Source: the human T2T-CHM13v2.0 reference genome, Homo sapiens. Taken from it: DNA of 64,000 nt. Positions within the stretch are counted from its first letter, which is position 1, and every line of letters starts with the position of its first letter. Below the pieces are notes generated by a model that made no database searches, was not told the origin of the DNA, and worked only from the letters and a program-made list of their open reading frames with translations. Shown one piece after another: positions 1 to 23,718 of this stretch. The position numbers were made by a program, and so were the translations under genes. The stretch lies in assembly GCF_009914755.1 (NCBI RefSeq), contig NC_060926.1. One strand, given 5' to 3'.

Positions 1-327
1 GGCTCCTTGCTTCTAGCCCTCCTAGGCTCCTAGATCAATCGTATTCGCATTATCTCAAGTAGCAGAACATGGTCCATATAAACACTAAACTATCACAGCT
101 GTGGATCATGTGTCTGCCCTTTTGACCCCCACATTCTCACTGCCGGTTTCTTTGTTGGATTACCAATAAATAGCGTGGGCTCCTAGAGCTCGGGGCCTTC
201 GCCGCCTCCATAATCGCGATGGCACCCTGGTCCCACTTTACTTCTCAAACTGTCTTTTTCTCAATCCTTTGACTCCGCCAGACTTTGTTGCCCACGCGAC
301 CTGGTGTTGGGTCTGATCACCCCAATG
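1..327 (+). mobile_element. ERVK LTR 3' part, LTR3-like (HML-6), cut by window edge
   Basis: AATAAA at about 165 and a U5 end GACCTGGTGTTGGGTCTGATCACCCCAA matching the recalled LTR3 terminus. Confidence 0.7.
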
Positions 328-676
328 CGTATGATTTTTGGTATTGGTGCCATATTAAGCAAGGTATTCCACAGCCCAGGAATATAATACTATTCTCCCA
401 TATTTTTTATACTACCCCTATTGCCTTACTTTTTTATATTTCAATACTTAATCCCTGGAATTTATGGAGATTTGGCATGATGCAAGGGTTTTATGGCATG
501 ATGCAAGGGTTTTACTTAAAAAATCATTTTATGTCATACTCTAGTTGTGTAAGATGTTATCCTTGACGGAAGCTGGACTAAGAGTACGTGGGCCCTCTCT
601 ATGCTATTTTTGCAACCAAAAGTCTATTATAATTTCAAAATAAGTAAAAAAACAAAAAACCAAAAACACTGAGTAG

Positions 677-968
677 AGTGGCTCCCAACTGTAATGTCAG
701 CACTTTGGGAGGCTGAGGCATGAGGATCGCTTGAGGCCAAGAGTTCAAGACCAGCCTGGGCAACACAGTGAGACCCTGTCTCTACAAAAAAATAAAAATA
801 AAAATTAGCTGAGTGTGGTGATTCATGCCTGATATCCTACCTACTTGGGAGGATTAGGCAGGAGGACTGTTTGAACCCAGGAGTTCGAGGGTGCAGCGAG
901 CTATGATGGTGCCACTGTCACTCTAGCCTGGGTGACAGATTGACACCCTGTCTCAAAAAAAAAAAAAG
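677..968 (+). mobile_element. Alu (AluJ-like)
   Basis: Dimeric Alu with A-rich linker and poly(A) tail; J-type GAGGATCGCTTGAGGCC. Confidence 0.9.
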
Positions 969-1271
969 AAGGAAAAAACCCATTTTTGTCATTTTGTTAT
1001 TGTTGTGGTGGTGGTGGTTGGTATCCAGGTTTATTCTTCCAGATGGTTAGCTAAATGTTTAATTGCTTAGGGAGCTTAGTGGTGAATATGAGGTAATTTA
1101 CAGAAGTTACATACATAATTGGCGTTTATGTGGTCATTAAGAAACAGTTTCTGAAAAGCAAATATTTAATAATGAGGGTAATTGTATATGATTAAATATT
1201 AAGTTAAAAACCGGGATACAAAATTATATATTCACAATATTTTTAATTTTGCCATATAAATTCAAGGAAAT

Positions 1272-2990
<1,719 letters not shown>

Positions 2991-3355
2991 TTATTATTCT
3001 AAATTCAGAAAAAAAAATTTAGAGGAGAGAAAAACCACTCAATTTTCCCCATTTTTCTTTTTCAATGTTCTAATGCCAATTTCCATAACCTGACATGACA
3101 ACAGGTGGACTCAGGAAAGAGGTAGAGGCAGCTGCTGATGTCTAGGTGCGGCACCTTCTGAAGTGTTTGGGAAAGTGCTGTTACTATCCATAGCGTGCAT
3201 TTTGGAACAACCCTCAACTCTGTTGTGAATGTGTTTTGAGGCAGGTGTCCCATCTAGGTTGTGTTTCCCTGGGAATCCAAGCAATGGTTGTAGATGTGGT
3301 CTAATTCCCTGAGCAAAGATGTTCTGGGCATGAGCTATAAGAATTCTGAAGACAT

Positions 3356-3667
3356 GCTGGGTGAGGTGGCTCACACCTGTAATCCCAGCACTTTAGGAGG
3401 ATGAGGCGGGTGGATTACCTGAAGTCAGGAGTTCAAGACCAGCCTGGCCTACGTAGTGAAACCGTGTCTCTACTTAAAAAAACACAAAAATTAACCAGGT
3501 GTGGTATTGCATGCCTGTGGTCCCAGCTACTCAGGAGATTGAGGCAAGAGAATCACTTGAATCTGGGAGGTGGAGGTTACGGTGAGCTGAAATCGCGCCA
3601 CTACATTCCAGCCTGGGCAACAGAGTGAGACTCCGTCTCAAATAATGATGATAATAATAATAATAAA
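3356..3667 (+). mobile_element. AluS
   Basis: Full dimer with (AAT)n tail. Confidence 0.9.
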
Positions 3668-4048
3668 TGTTGAACACTTGCAGAGAATAAGATTAGGGTG
3701 AATTACTTACTGAAACCTATGGCCTGAGCAAACTTGAGCCCAAGAATCCCCTGATACTTCCCCCAAATAACTTCACTCTCAGCCTACAGGAACCCTGAGA
3801 CATTGAAGATTTTGGCCAATTGAAAAATCAGACATCTGCATTCCACAGAGAGGGGAGGGCAGCCATTGTCATGCTGTCACTGCTGCTGTTTTTGCCTGAC
3901 ATCTCCCAGCCCAGTCCCAAAGCTATTGTGTATGTGTTGGAAGACACATGGGTCCAGGAAAGTAGAAGAATTAGGAGCGCTGCTCTCCCTGGTTAGGGGT
4001 TACTGAGGTCATTAATACTTCTTAGCTGTGATGTCAAAAGCACACCAC

Positions 4049-4570
<522 letters not shown>

Positions 4571-5403
4571 AAGGACAGCCATCTCATACAGCAGGGCAGG
4601 CAGGTCTGGAAGTAGCAGGAACCAACTGAGGGAGTTTGGCCCTTATGTCTCTACTGTGGGCATCATAGACATTATACGAGTGTCTCATGTAGGGCACTGG
4701 GCAGACAAAACAGAGAGCAGGAGGACTCCTCATAGCCCCACACCTGTGAGAGGTAGATCAAGGGAGGGTGTCTTAAGCCTTTCTTCTGCTTTCAAAAAGT
4801 CAGCTTATGAAAGAGGTGCCAGTTGTAAAACCACGGACACCGACATCCTGGGGGACATGCAGCCCCCTGCAGAGCCTGGTGGTTGTTGATCAGAACCTGC
4901 AGCGTAAGTTCCAAGAGGGACTGCGGGGTCTCCACCGCATGGGCCTCTTCTGTGCGTTGTCTGGAGAATAGAGATTAGCCGGGCAGGCCTTTAACTCTGG
5001 AGATAGTCAGGCAAGAACCTTACCCTACTGACTTACTCACACCCACGGGCTACCTGGGGCAGGAAATGGAGGCCTGACAGGTAGAGTCAGTTGGACCGAA
5101 TGGGATCATTCCAAATAAACATTCCATTAGTGCGTGGGCAGGCCTAAGCCTGGAGCCTCCCCATGGGTCTTAAACGTGAGAGAGGCACGAGAGAAGGCCA
5201 GCCACCAAATGTAAACTTTGTTGCTTTTGTTTTCCCAATTATTTAACAGATAAACAACAAACAGAAACCTCACCCTTGGGAGATGACTTAGGAGTAGGCC
5301 CTAAATAATTGCGTTTTTAGCATTTCACATAGCACAATATTTTTTTTGGAATTTTTTATGATCAAGCAATTCTTCTGGTGAATGAAAAATCCCAAGGAGC
5401 TAG

Positions 5404-5903
<500 letters not shown>

Positions 5904-6298
5904 AAGAAGGTTTTTTTTTAATATCATAAGACTGTGTGATGAATTCCAACAGAGAGAAAAACAATGTTTTGTCCAACCTGTGACAACTGAGAAGTATCAA
6001 CAGAGACACAAGACTTTTTACCTGGCTCTGGATTCAGACTCTCATGATTATAAAGAAATGAAGATTATTCTTAAATGTTCTAGGCATTTATTTAATTCAA
6101 AAGATACCTATTGAATACTTACAATGTGTCGGGCACTATTTTAAGCCCTAACACACATTTAAGTTCTTGCAAACACAAACATCTTAGAGGTGTGTTCTCA
6201 TCCAAACAGAGGTTTAAGAGATGAGCAAAAGTTAAATTTAGCAATATTAGCTTGTTACGATGTTCACAAGGTAGGGCGTAAGACAACTCATGAGATCT

Positions 6299-6393
6299 TT
6301 TATGAGATCTCATAAACAACAACAAGAAATAGGATAAACAACAACAAGAAATGGGCCACATATTGGGCTTGGCTTGCTGGAGTTGCTATATAA
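6299..6393 (+). promoter_or_regulatory. SCYGR proximal promoter: 18-bp palindrome with HOX13-type sites, duplicated TAAACAA motif, TATA box
   Basis: TTTATGAGATCTCATAAA (6299-6316); ATAAACAACAACAAGAAAT twice; TATATAA at 6387-6393, about 97 bp upstream of the ATG. Confidence 0.7.
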
Positions 6394-6483
6394 GGGCTTC
6401 CCCGGACAGAAGGCGGCATCAGACCTCTTCATCTCTCCTGAGCCCTCTATCCTCGCTTCTCCTCAGTCCTCTCTACTGACACC

Positions 6484-6795
6484 ATGGGTTGCTGTGGGTG
6501 TGGTGGCTGCGGTGGTGGCTGTGGTGGCTGCAGTGGTGGCTGTGGTGGTGGCTGCGGTGGTGGCTGCGGTGGTGGCTGTGGCAGCTGCACCACCTGCAGG
6601 TGCTACCGGGTGGGCTGCTGCTCCAGCTGCTGCCCCTGCTGCCGTGGCTGCTGTGGAGGCTGCTGCAGCACTCCCGTGATCTGCTGCCGCCGCCGTACCT
6701 GCAGCTCGTGTGGCTGTGGCTATGGGAAGGGCTGTTGCCAGCAGAAGGGATGCTGTCAGCGGAAGTGCTGCTGCCAGAAGCAATGCTGCTGCTAG
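6484..6795 (+). CDS. SCYGR8: Small cysteine and glycine repeat-containing protein (SCYGR/KRTAP28 family), 103 aa, single exon
   Basis: MGCCGCGGC(GGGC)n...CTTCRCYRVGCCSSCCPCCRGCCGGCCSTPVICC...KGCCQQKGCC...KQCCC*; 38 Cys and about 30 Gly; strong Kozak (ACCATGG); upstream TATA. Family call is firm; paralog number 8 is inferred from recalled gene order only. Confidence 0.93.
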   Translation: MGCCGCGGCGGGCGGCSGGCGGGCGGGCGGGCGSCTTCRCYRVGCCSSCCPCCRGCCGGCCSTPVICCRRRTCSSCGCGYGKGCCQQKGCCQRKCCCQKQCCC

Positions 6796-7324
6796 GTGGG
6801 AACCCAGCCTCTGGGCAGGGGCTGTAGGCACTCATGCTGTTGGTAAGACTGCGGGTCTGCAGGTGCCGCAGGGAGGCAGCTTGCTCCCCTTGCTGTGGCT
6901 TTCCTCCATCCCATCCCGTGTGCTCCCTGCTGTCTCCCTGTCACCCAGACTTCATGGCACTTTTCTGCTTGGTTCTCATCTCTGTAGTTTAAGTAATTCT
7001 TCCTATTATTAAGGTAGTCACATGGGCAACTGGTACAATGTCATTCAAGCACAAAGATGCAGGACATTTTGAGTTTTGAGCTCAGCAAAGCAGGATCATG
7101 ATTTTGACCATGCTTTCTTCTTTGAACTCTTTTCTCTCTAGGCATTAGGTCTTCTTGTGTGTTCCACATATGCTCTGTCTTTTCTGGGCCATAGAGTCTT
7201 TTCTAGGTGTTCTCCTAAAATTTTCTTTTTTTGTTTTACTAATTCATGGTCTTCATTTTAGTGCTATAATTTTGATTATATCACCAAAAAATCTTTTTTC
7301 CCTTTGGTAGTAACCCATCTATAT

Positions 7325-7605
7325 TTTTTTACTTGAAAAAATTGATACATAATAGATGTAGATATTTGGGGGGATACATGTGATATTTTAATAAATTTAC
7401 ATAATGTGTAATAATCAAATCAGGGTAATTGGGATATTAATCACCTTAAATCTTTTTCTTTTATGCTGGGAACATTCAAATTATTCTCTATTAACTGTTT
7501 TGAAATGGGTAACAGATTATTGTTTACTATAGTCACTCTACTGATTTATTGAGCACTAGGTATTGTTCTTTTAACTGTATTTTTGTACTCATTAATCAAC
7601 CATTC
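7325..7605 (-). mobile_element. L1MA 3' end fragment downstream of SCYGR stop
   Basis: AATTGATACATAATAGATGTA...GGGATACATGTGATATTTT...AAATCAGGGTAATTGGGATAT matches the reverse L1MA 3' UTR. Confidence 0.75.
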
Positions 7606-7622
7606 TTCATGAAAAATTTCAT

Positions 7623-7628
7623 AATAAA
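7623..7628 (+). terminator. Candidate polyadenylation signal for SCYGR
   Basis: AATAAA just after the L1 fragment; an alternative AATAAA lies at 7390-7395 inside the L1. Confidence 0.35.
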
Positions 7629-8193
7629 ATGCAAAAGTGAACTCTGAACAGTTTCCCTTAGTTTTATTCTTATAGATATTTTTCATTAAACTACCATTAA
7701 TCATGATTTTTTGTGGGTTGGAGGCCATTAAGGATACACATATAATTATGCCCTTGTGTGGTTTACTTCCATTTATACACAAATAACCACAAACATGAGG
7801 TAGAATAATAACAAACATGTTAAAAGTTCTATGTTGATGTGTATGTCATGGGCAGGAACAACTCCACATTGCTAGATGGGGAATGGGTGTAATTCAAAGG
7901 AACTCGGATCACTTCAAGAAGGAAGGGACATTTGGGAGTGTGTTTTGAAGAATTAGTAAGGTTTTGACAGGTGGAGGTGGTTGGGGCAGATGTTTCGAGA
8001 AGGGCAAAAATGTGAGAATGGAAAAGTTCAAGACATACATGGGACAAATCATGAATTTGTCCTACAGTAGGCTAATATAAATAGTTACAAGTCAACAATG
8101 ACAGGAAGGCTGTCCTACAATTTGGAAGGCTGAGGGGTTAAGAATAACAGCACGGACAACAGCAACAGTAACTGGCATTTGCGTTGCCCTTAA

Positions 8194-8745
<552 letters not shown>

Positions 8746-8832
8746 ACAGGCATTCTTCTAAGCACATACATGTGTCATGTTGCAGAGAGGGAAATGGCAC
8801 AGAGAAGTTATTAACTTGTTCAAAGCACATAA

Positions 8833-8851
8833 CTGCCGCAGGGGGCGCTGC
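8833..8851 (+). promoter_or_regulatory. Candidate CTCF site
   Basis: CTGCCGCAGGGGGCGCTGC vs core CCACCAGGGGGCGC; CpGs retained. Confidence 0.6.
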
Positions 8852-9179
8852 ACACACAGCAATGCTATGGGCCAGGGAAGGCTTTTGAGAGGGGACACTT
8901 ACCTGGACAGCAATGTGCAGAATTAATCGGTTCACTGGGAGAACGGAGCAGTGTCAGAAATCCTGGGCAAAGCAACGAGGGCCCAAGACAACAGCAGAGT
9001 GGGAATGGCAAGAGTATTTGTGGGGAGTTAAGGCATAATACAAACCAAACAAATGAGGGGAATGTCTGAGATGACAAAACAGGCAAGATGACAATGGTGA
9101 TTTAACAATGCACTGGGACTTCTATTCTTCTTTTCTTAGAGATTTGGGAAATTGTACAAGGTAGTCCAGTTTATTCTTT

Positions 9180-10770
<1,591 letters not shown>

Positions 10771-10941
10771 TACTTATTGAATGTTGATTTTTTGCATTCA
10801 TTTTAAGAACGTTTGGATGAAGATTGTAGACTAACAACACACATTATAGGGATCACAGGGCTCGGCACATGTATAGTTTGCCACTAAATATTGTTAGAAT
10901 GAGCAAATGTTATATATATTATATATACTATATCTACATAT

Positions 10942-12078
10942 AGGTCAGGCTTGGTGGCTCATGCTTGTAATCCCAGCACTTCGGGAGGCTGAGGCAGGAG
11001 GATTACTTGAGGGCAGGAGTTTGAGACCAGCCTGGCCAACATGGTGAAACCCCATCTCTACTAAAAATACAAAAAGTAGCTCAGCATGGTGGTACGTGCC
11101 TGTTATCTCAGCTACTCGGGAGGCTAAGGCAGGAGAATCGCTTGAACACCTGGAGGCAGAGGTTGCAGTGAGCCAAGATTATGCCACTGCACTCCAGCCT
11201 GGGCGACAGAGAAAGACTCTATCTCAATAAAATAAAATAAAATAAAATAAAATAAAATAAAACCATATATATTATATATAATATAGGTTATATATATGTT
11301 TGTATATGTTACTTGTATTCATTATCGTATACTTACGTTATACATGAAATTCATATATATAGGTTATACATATGTTACTTATATATAACAGATACATATA
11401 CCTCAGATTATATATGTTACAATACAATTTTTACATATCCATATGTTATATGTATATACATATGTATGTATGTATAACACATACACAGTCTAAACTTTGT
11501 GACTTAACACATGATTTTGTAAAATCTAGTAGTTTTTGGAGCATATGTTCTCAAATACATTGTTTCCGTTGTTAAGGCTTGCCTCTGCCTCACTGTGTCT
11601 GTTCCTTCCCGATCTTTGGGTCAACTGTGATTACAGGGACTTCACCCTTGTGTTTACTGTATGCTCCTTGGCTTCTACCAGAGGTTCTCACAGGTCAGAG
11701 TATTACCATTAGAAAGTCCTTTAGGCACTTCAATCCAGACAAAGCAAAGGCATCAAGATCTTCTGTATGTACTTATATGAAGAATATCCAGTGGCTCACA
11801 CCTGTAGTCCCAGCACTTTGGGAGGCCTAGGTGGGCGGATCACTTGAGGTCAGGAGTTTGAGACCAACTTGACCAACATGGTGAAGCCCTGTCTCTACTA
11901 AAATTACAAAAATAACTGGGTGTGGTGGTGGACACCTGTAATCCCAGCTACTCGGGAGACTGAGGCAAGAGAATTGCCTGAACCCAGGAGGCGGAGGTTG
12001 CAGTGAGCTGAGCCAAGGTCATGCCACTGCCCTGCAGCCTGGGCAATAGAGAATGACTGTCTCAAATATTTTAAAAAA
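10942..12078 (+). mobile_element. Two AluS (about 10942-11262 and 11788-12078); TA-rich low complexity around the first
   Basis: Alu consensus; (AAAAT)n tail. Confidence 0.88.
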
Positions 12079-12179
12079 AGTCCTCGTGTGTGTTTGTGCT
12101 GGCTGGCTAGTGAGCTATTTGTGAAAAGGGTAAGTGTATGGTGTAAGAAGGTGGACATGGACAAATAATGGTTGTTTTT

Positions 12180-12610
12180 GTCACCGCTAGAGGGTCATGA
12201 CTGAAAATTGTCCAGGTTCTTGTCATTTTGAACAAAGAACTGGACAAATTGCCCAGCAAAGCAAAAAAAAGAATGAAGCAACAAAAGAATGAAAGCAGGG
12301 ATTTACTGAAAATGAAAAGTACACTCCACAGTGTGGGTTCTAGCCAAGCAGTGGGTCAAGGGCCCAGATACAGAATCTTCTTGCGTTCAAATACCGCCTA
12401 GAAATTTCCCATTGGCCACTTCATACTCACCTCATGTAAATGAAGTGGTAGCCAACAATCAGTCTGATTGGTTGTGGACAGCAGCCGAACAGAGGCTGAA
12501 GTGAAGTTACATAGGTCACACTTCTGTGCAAATGTCTGATAGGTTGCTTTTTTGGCAGCAATTGGTTGGCTAGGGTGAAGTTACAAAGTTATAATTCTAT
12601 GCAAATGAAG
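12180..12610 (-). mobile_element. ERV1 LTR fragment, MER51-like
   Basis: TGTCCAGGTTCTTG...TTGAACAAAGAACTGGACAAA...GAATGAAGCAACAAAAG...AGTACACTCCACAG and repeated GAAGTTAC/ATTGGTTG motifs. Confidence 0.65.
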
Positions 12611-12956
12611 TATACATAGAAGAACAAGTGGGTGGAGGAGGCAGAGAGGTGGCAGAGAGGTTGCTGTGAGCTGAGATCACACCACTGCACTCCAGCCTGG
12701 GCGACAGAGTGAAACTCCATCTCAAAAATAAAAAACCAAACCCCCAAAAAGCAAAGGTGAATTACTCAGAAATACAGTATAACATAGTAAACAATTTCTT
12801 AACTAACTTTTTGTAAGCACATTATCTACCAACAATAGCATATTGTATTTGTCTGCTAGGGCTGCTATAACAAAACACACAGGCTGGGGAGGCTTAAACA
12901 ATAGAAATTTATTTTCTCACAGTCTGGAGGCTGGAAGTATAAGATCAAGATGCCAG

Positions 12957-14003
<1,047 letters not shown>

Positions 14004-14024
14004 AGCAGGGTTGGTTTTTTCTGA

Positions 14025-14570
<546 letters not shown>

Positions 14571-15144
14571 CTGCCTTTTTCTTCTCATGGGAACACTGGC
14601 CATACTGAATTAGGGTCCCACCTTAAGGGCCTCATTGAATTTAATTACATCCTAAGAGGCCCCATCTCCAAATATAGTCACATTAGGGGTTAGAGCTTCA
14701 ACATATGAATTTTGGTGGGAGGCAGGGTTCACACTTCAGTCCATAACACATCTCATTATTGTAAATCCACAAAGGTGGAGTACTTTGAACAAAACACATA
14801 GAATTAGGGGAGCCCCAGACGAATTAATCTCTAAGAATAAAAGTAGGAAGAGTTGGCATATTATATATACATCCCATATCTACTCCTACATGGGGACAAT
14901 ACCTGTGAGCAAGAATATTTGTTGTATTGTTTGTAGAAGAAAAATGTTTGAAACAACGTAATGACCCAACAAAGGAAGACTTAGTTAAGTTTGGCACACG
15001 TGTGAAAAGAAATAAATTATAGTAACAAATGAGAAGGAGGCAGCTGCCTATGTATTATTTTTAGGTCATATTGATGAGGAAATCAAGGTAAGAAGTAGAA
15101 TGGTATACTCAGCTGTCACAGGGGTCTGTATGTGCATAGAATAT

Positions 15145-16359
<1,215 letters not shown>

Positions 16360-16442
16360 TAAAAAAGTATATGGAATGTAAAGCAAGATGTGTCTTCATC
16401 TCACCACTAATCTCATTTCTGCTCCTATAGTCACAGTCATGA

Positions 16443-16630
16443 CAGGATGGGGCTGGCCACCAGCAAGACTAAGTGATTAGAGAGTGGGCACTTTCAGCTC
16501 TGCCCTCTGACCTCCAGGGAGTGGACCAGGGCTGGAGATGGAGCTCTATCCACCTTTTGAACAAAAAGATTCTGAGAGCTTCTGGGTTGGTGAATGCTCC
16601 AACTACCCAGGGACAAAAACTCCTGCACAT
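16443..16630. mobile_element. MER21-like LTR fragment
   Basis: CAGGATGGGGCTGGCCACCAGCAAGAC...GAGAGCTTCTGGGTTGGTGAA resembles the recalled MER21 consensus. Confidence 0.65.
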
Positions 16631-16780
16631 ATAGATACTTGCACGTTTAGAAACATAACTTAGCGGGCTTTTTTTTTTTTCAATATAGCAGCGGAATCAA
16701 GATGTAGTTATTTTTCAGAAAGTTGATTATTTTTCAATTAGCATTTTGCTTTAGAGCTCTTTCCAGGCCAGTTTGTGTAG

Positions 16781-17184
<404 letters not shown>

Positions 17185-17201
17185 GCTCTCTCTTTTTATG
17201 T

Positions 17202-18170
<969 letters not shown>

Positions 18171-18771
18171 CTGCCTTCTATAAGAAGCAGAGAGGTGCTT
18201 TAGTAGAGACAGGGTAGCAAATGGCAAGAGATGAGGTCTGAGAGCTAAGAGGACCAGGTCAAGAAGGAATGAAGTTAAAGAATTTCTGCTTTAGATTCCT
18301 GAATATTTCTCTATGGTAGATGCTAAAAATGGATGTCTCAGGTTGAAATTTAAATTCTGATAGGCTCACCTAAGTTGCTACAATTTGAACTCGTGCTAAT
18401 GGCATCTGAATTGCCCATTTCTCACTCTTGTTAACACTGGGTATTTCTCTTGCCAATCTGGAAGGAGCATGAGGCACTTCCTTGAGTGTCAGGGATCCCA
18501 GGCTCATTTCCTCATGTAAATTCCTCATCACTGCTCCTTTTTCTGGCAATTGCTTGTTCATATGTATTAAGCAGAGATAACGAACCTCTGTGTTACTTTG
18601 CTCATCTGTAAAATGGGGACAGTAATATCTTCCAACAACGTTGTTCTGGAGAGAAAATTGTGTATGTCCCTTGCAGAGAGCTTTGAGAGGTGCCTGGCCC
18701 AGGCCCAGGGGACGTACTCTGTGCATGGGGTGCTAGTACTGTTGAACACTCCTGTGATTACCATGTGCTGA

Positions 18772-19061
<290 letters not shown>

Positions 19062-19276
19062 TTAATGGGAGGGATGGCCTTCCTGGCATTGGCCGAGAGC
19101 AGAGTTTTGAGGGGTGACAAGTGGCAGGATCCCATCACATCCACAGGTGGCCTCGACTCTGGTCTTTTTGCCAGGTTCGTCTCTGCAATAAATCTGAACC
19201 CATCTGGCTCAATCCCCGTAGACGTTAAGGTTGTTCAAATTCTATTTCTTCTAATCCAGTGCTGACCAAGGAACAC

Positions 19277-20506
<1,230 letters not shown>

Positions 20507-20565
20507 ACTTCTGGCCTAACTGCCTTGTCTGGGCTTGGTAGCCTGAGTCACTGTTTCAGGCCTGA

Positions 20566-21514
<949 letters not shown>

Positions 21515-23045
21515 TAATCTAGTCCTCAACTACCAGCTTTCAGTGCACCCCTCTGCGCTGGACTGCAGCTCATCTCTTCTCAATCTTCCTTGCCTCAGGG
21601 CCTTTGCACCTACTGTTTCATCAGTTTAGAGTGCACTTTACCCCTATTTTGCACTTCTGGCTCCTTATCCCTCTGTCAGGTCTCACGGAGCCCTCTGCCC
21701 CATTACTGTCATCATTGTATTCCTTGCACATTGACATTATATATATTTGCCATTTATGATCTGTTTTCCTCCATATTTGGTGCAAATATCATGGAAATCT
21801 GTCTGGTTTAGCACTATATCCCCAGGGCTGGGACTAGCCTATGCTAATCAGTTACAAATTAGTAGAAAGAAAAACAAAACAAGAGTGACCTAATGTTTGC
21901 AGAAATTGGATCAGCAGTCCTAGTTCCCAAACACGCAGATACTGAGGCCCTGGTGTGGCCTTCAAGGGCTTCCCAAATCTTATGCCAGCTCTTTTTCTAA
22001 ACTCAGTGTCTAACATTCCCCTTCATTCGAGCCATGTTTACATTAACCCACACACTTTCATCCACCATCTCTGCTGGTTAGATGGTTTGTTTCTCAGCCT
22101 GGAATACACTTTCTGCTACCCCCAGGCCAGCTTTCAGCACGTGGGATGCTGACCTCTCCATGTGTGTAGTTGACATCTCCACGTGGATGCAGTGCAACCT
22201 CATGATGCTATTTTATGAGTTAGCGAGAGTCCAAAAAAGGGGCCTTGCTGGGTGAGCCTGAAGCAGTTGATGAAGAAGATCAAGGTGTCCTTGATGTCCT
22301 TGCCATTGTCCTTGTTCTGCGGCTTAGGGTGGTGCGTGGGGGAAGGCTCTTCCTCTGGGTTCACTGGCTCGTGTGTTCCTTTTCTTTTTCAAAAGCCACT
22401 CCAGGAAAAGTCTTGATAGCAGAAGTCAGTTATTAAAAGCTGTGTAAATGTACTAAAGAGGACAGGTGCCAGACACATTTTCATTTAACATTTTACTCTC
22501 AACTGGGAACTGTTTGCCTTTGAAGGAATGTCAGGCACAGTTCCTAGTTGGGGCTGGAGCATTTTTGTGATGTTCTGCACAAGTTTTGGTCTAGAGAAGA
22601 AAGCTGGCTGCATGGATAGCATGAAGAATACCAATCCACTTGAGTAATAATTATGCAAAATCAGGTTTCAGGGCCCACTAGGTAATCATCCAACATTTCT
22701 GTGCTGACTCTTGCACATAGCACAAGAGAGTGAAGTATGCCAGATCCAGGAAAAGGCAAAGTTCAATAATTAGCTATAAATACAACTTTATAGCCATTTC
22801 CCCAGACTAAAGGGTAAAAGTTTAACAACTGGCTATAATTACAACTTTATTGCTACATCTCCAGACTCTATTTTTATAGGGAGAATAATGGCTTCTTCAA
22901 TGATTAACACGGTTGATAGCTACTGCTCTGTCTTTGAAGAAGCACATGGTATTTCGTGGAAATGTGCGTATGTGTGTGTTTGTATCTTAAGTCAAACATT
23001 AACAAATAACACAGAAAGTCCCTTGTTTTCTTGTCTTGCACTTAG

Positions 23046-23552
<507 letters not shown>

Positions 23553-23629
23553 CTACATCTTGCTTATGTCTAAGGAAAACTACTGAATGGGGATCATTCT
23601 CCTGGCACGTACATGTGGGTATACAGTAC

Positions 23630-23718
23630 CTTCTGTCTGAGTACTAACCAGGCCCGACCTTGCTTAGCTTCCTCAAACAGATGAAATCGGGCATGTTCAG
23701 AGTACTATGGCCATAGAC
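23630..23718 (-). pseudogene. 5S rRNA pseudogene, 3'-truncated (nt about 1-89)
   Basis: Reverse complement GTCTATGGCCATAGTACTCTGAACATGCCCGATTTCATCTGTTTGAGGAAGCTAAGCAAGGTCGGGCCTGGTTAGTAC aligns with 5S GTCTACGGCCATACCACCCTGAACGCGCCCGATCTCGTCTGATCTCGGAAGCTAAGCAGGGTCGGGCCTGGTTAGTAC. Confidence 0.92.

Noticed and set aside
6374-7012. Overlapping ORFs in other frames and strands over SCYGR (Ala/Val-, Trp/Leu-, Thr/Ala-, His/Ser-rich)
   Set aside because: Shadow frames of a GC-rich triplet-repeat CDS; only 6484-6795 has Kozak, TATA and family-typical sequence.
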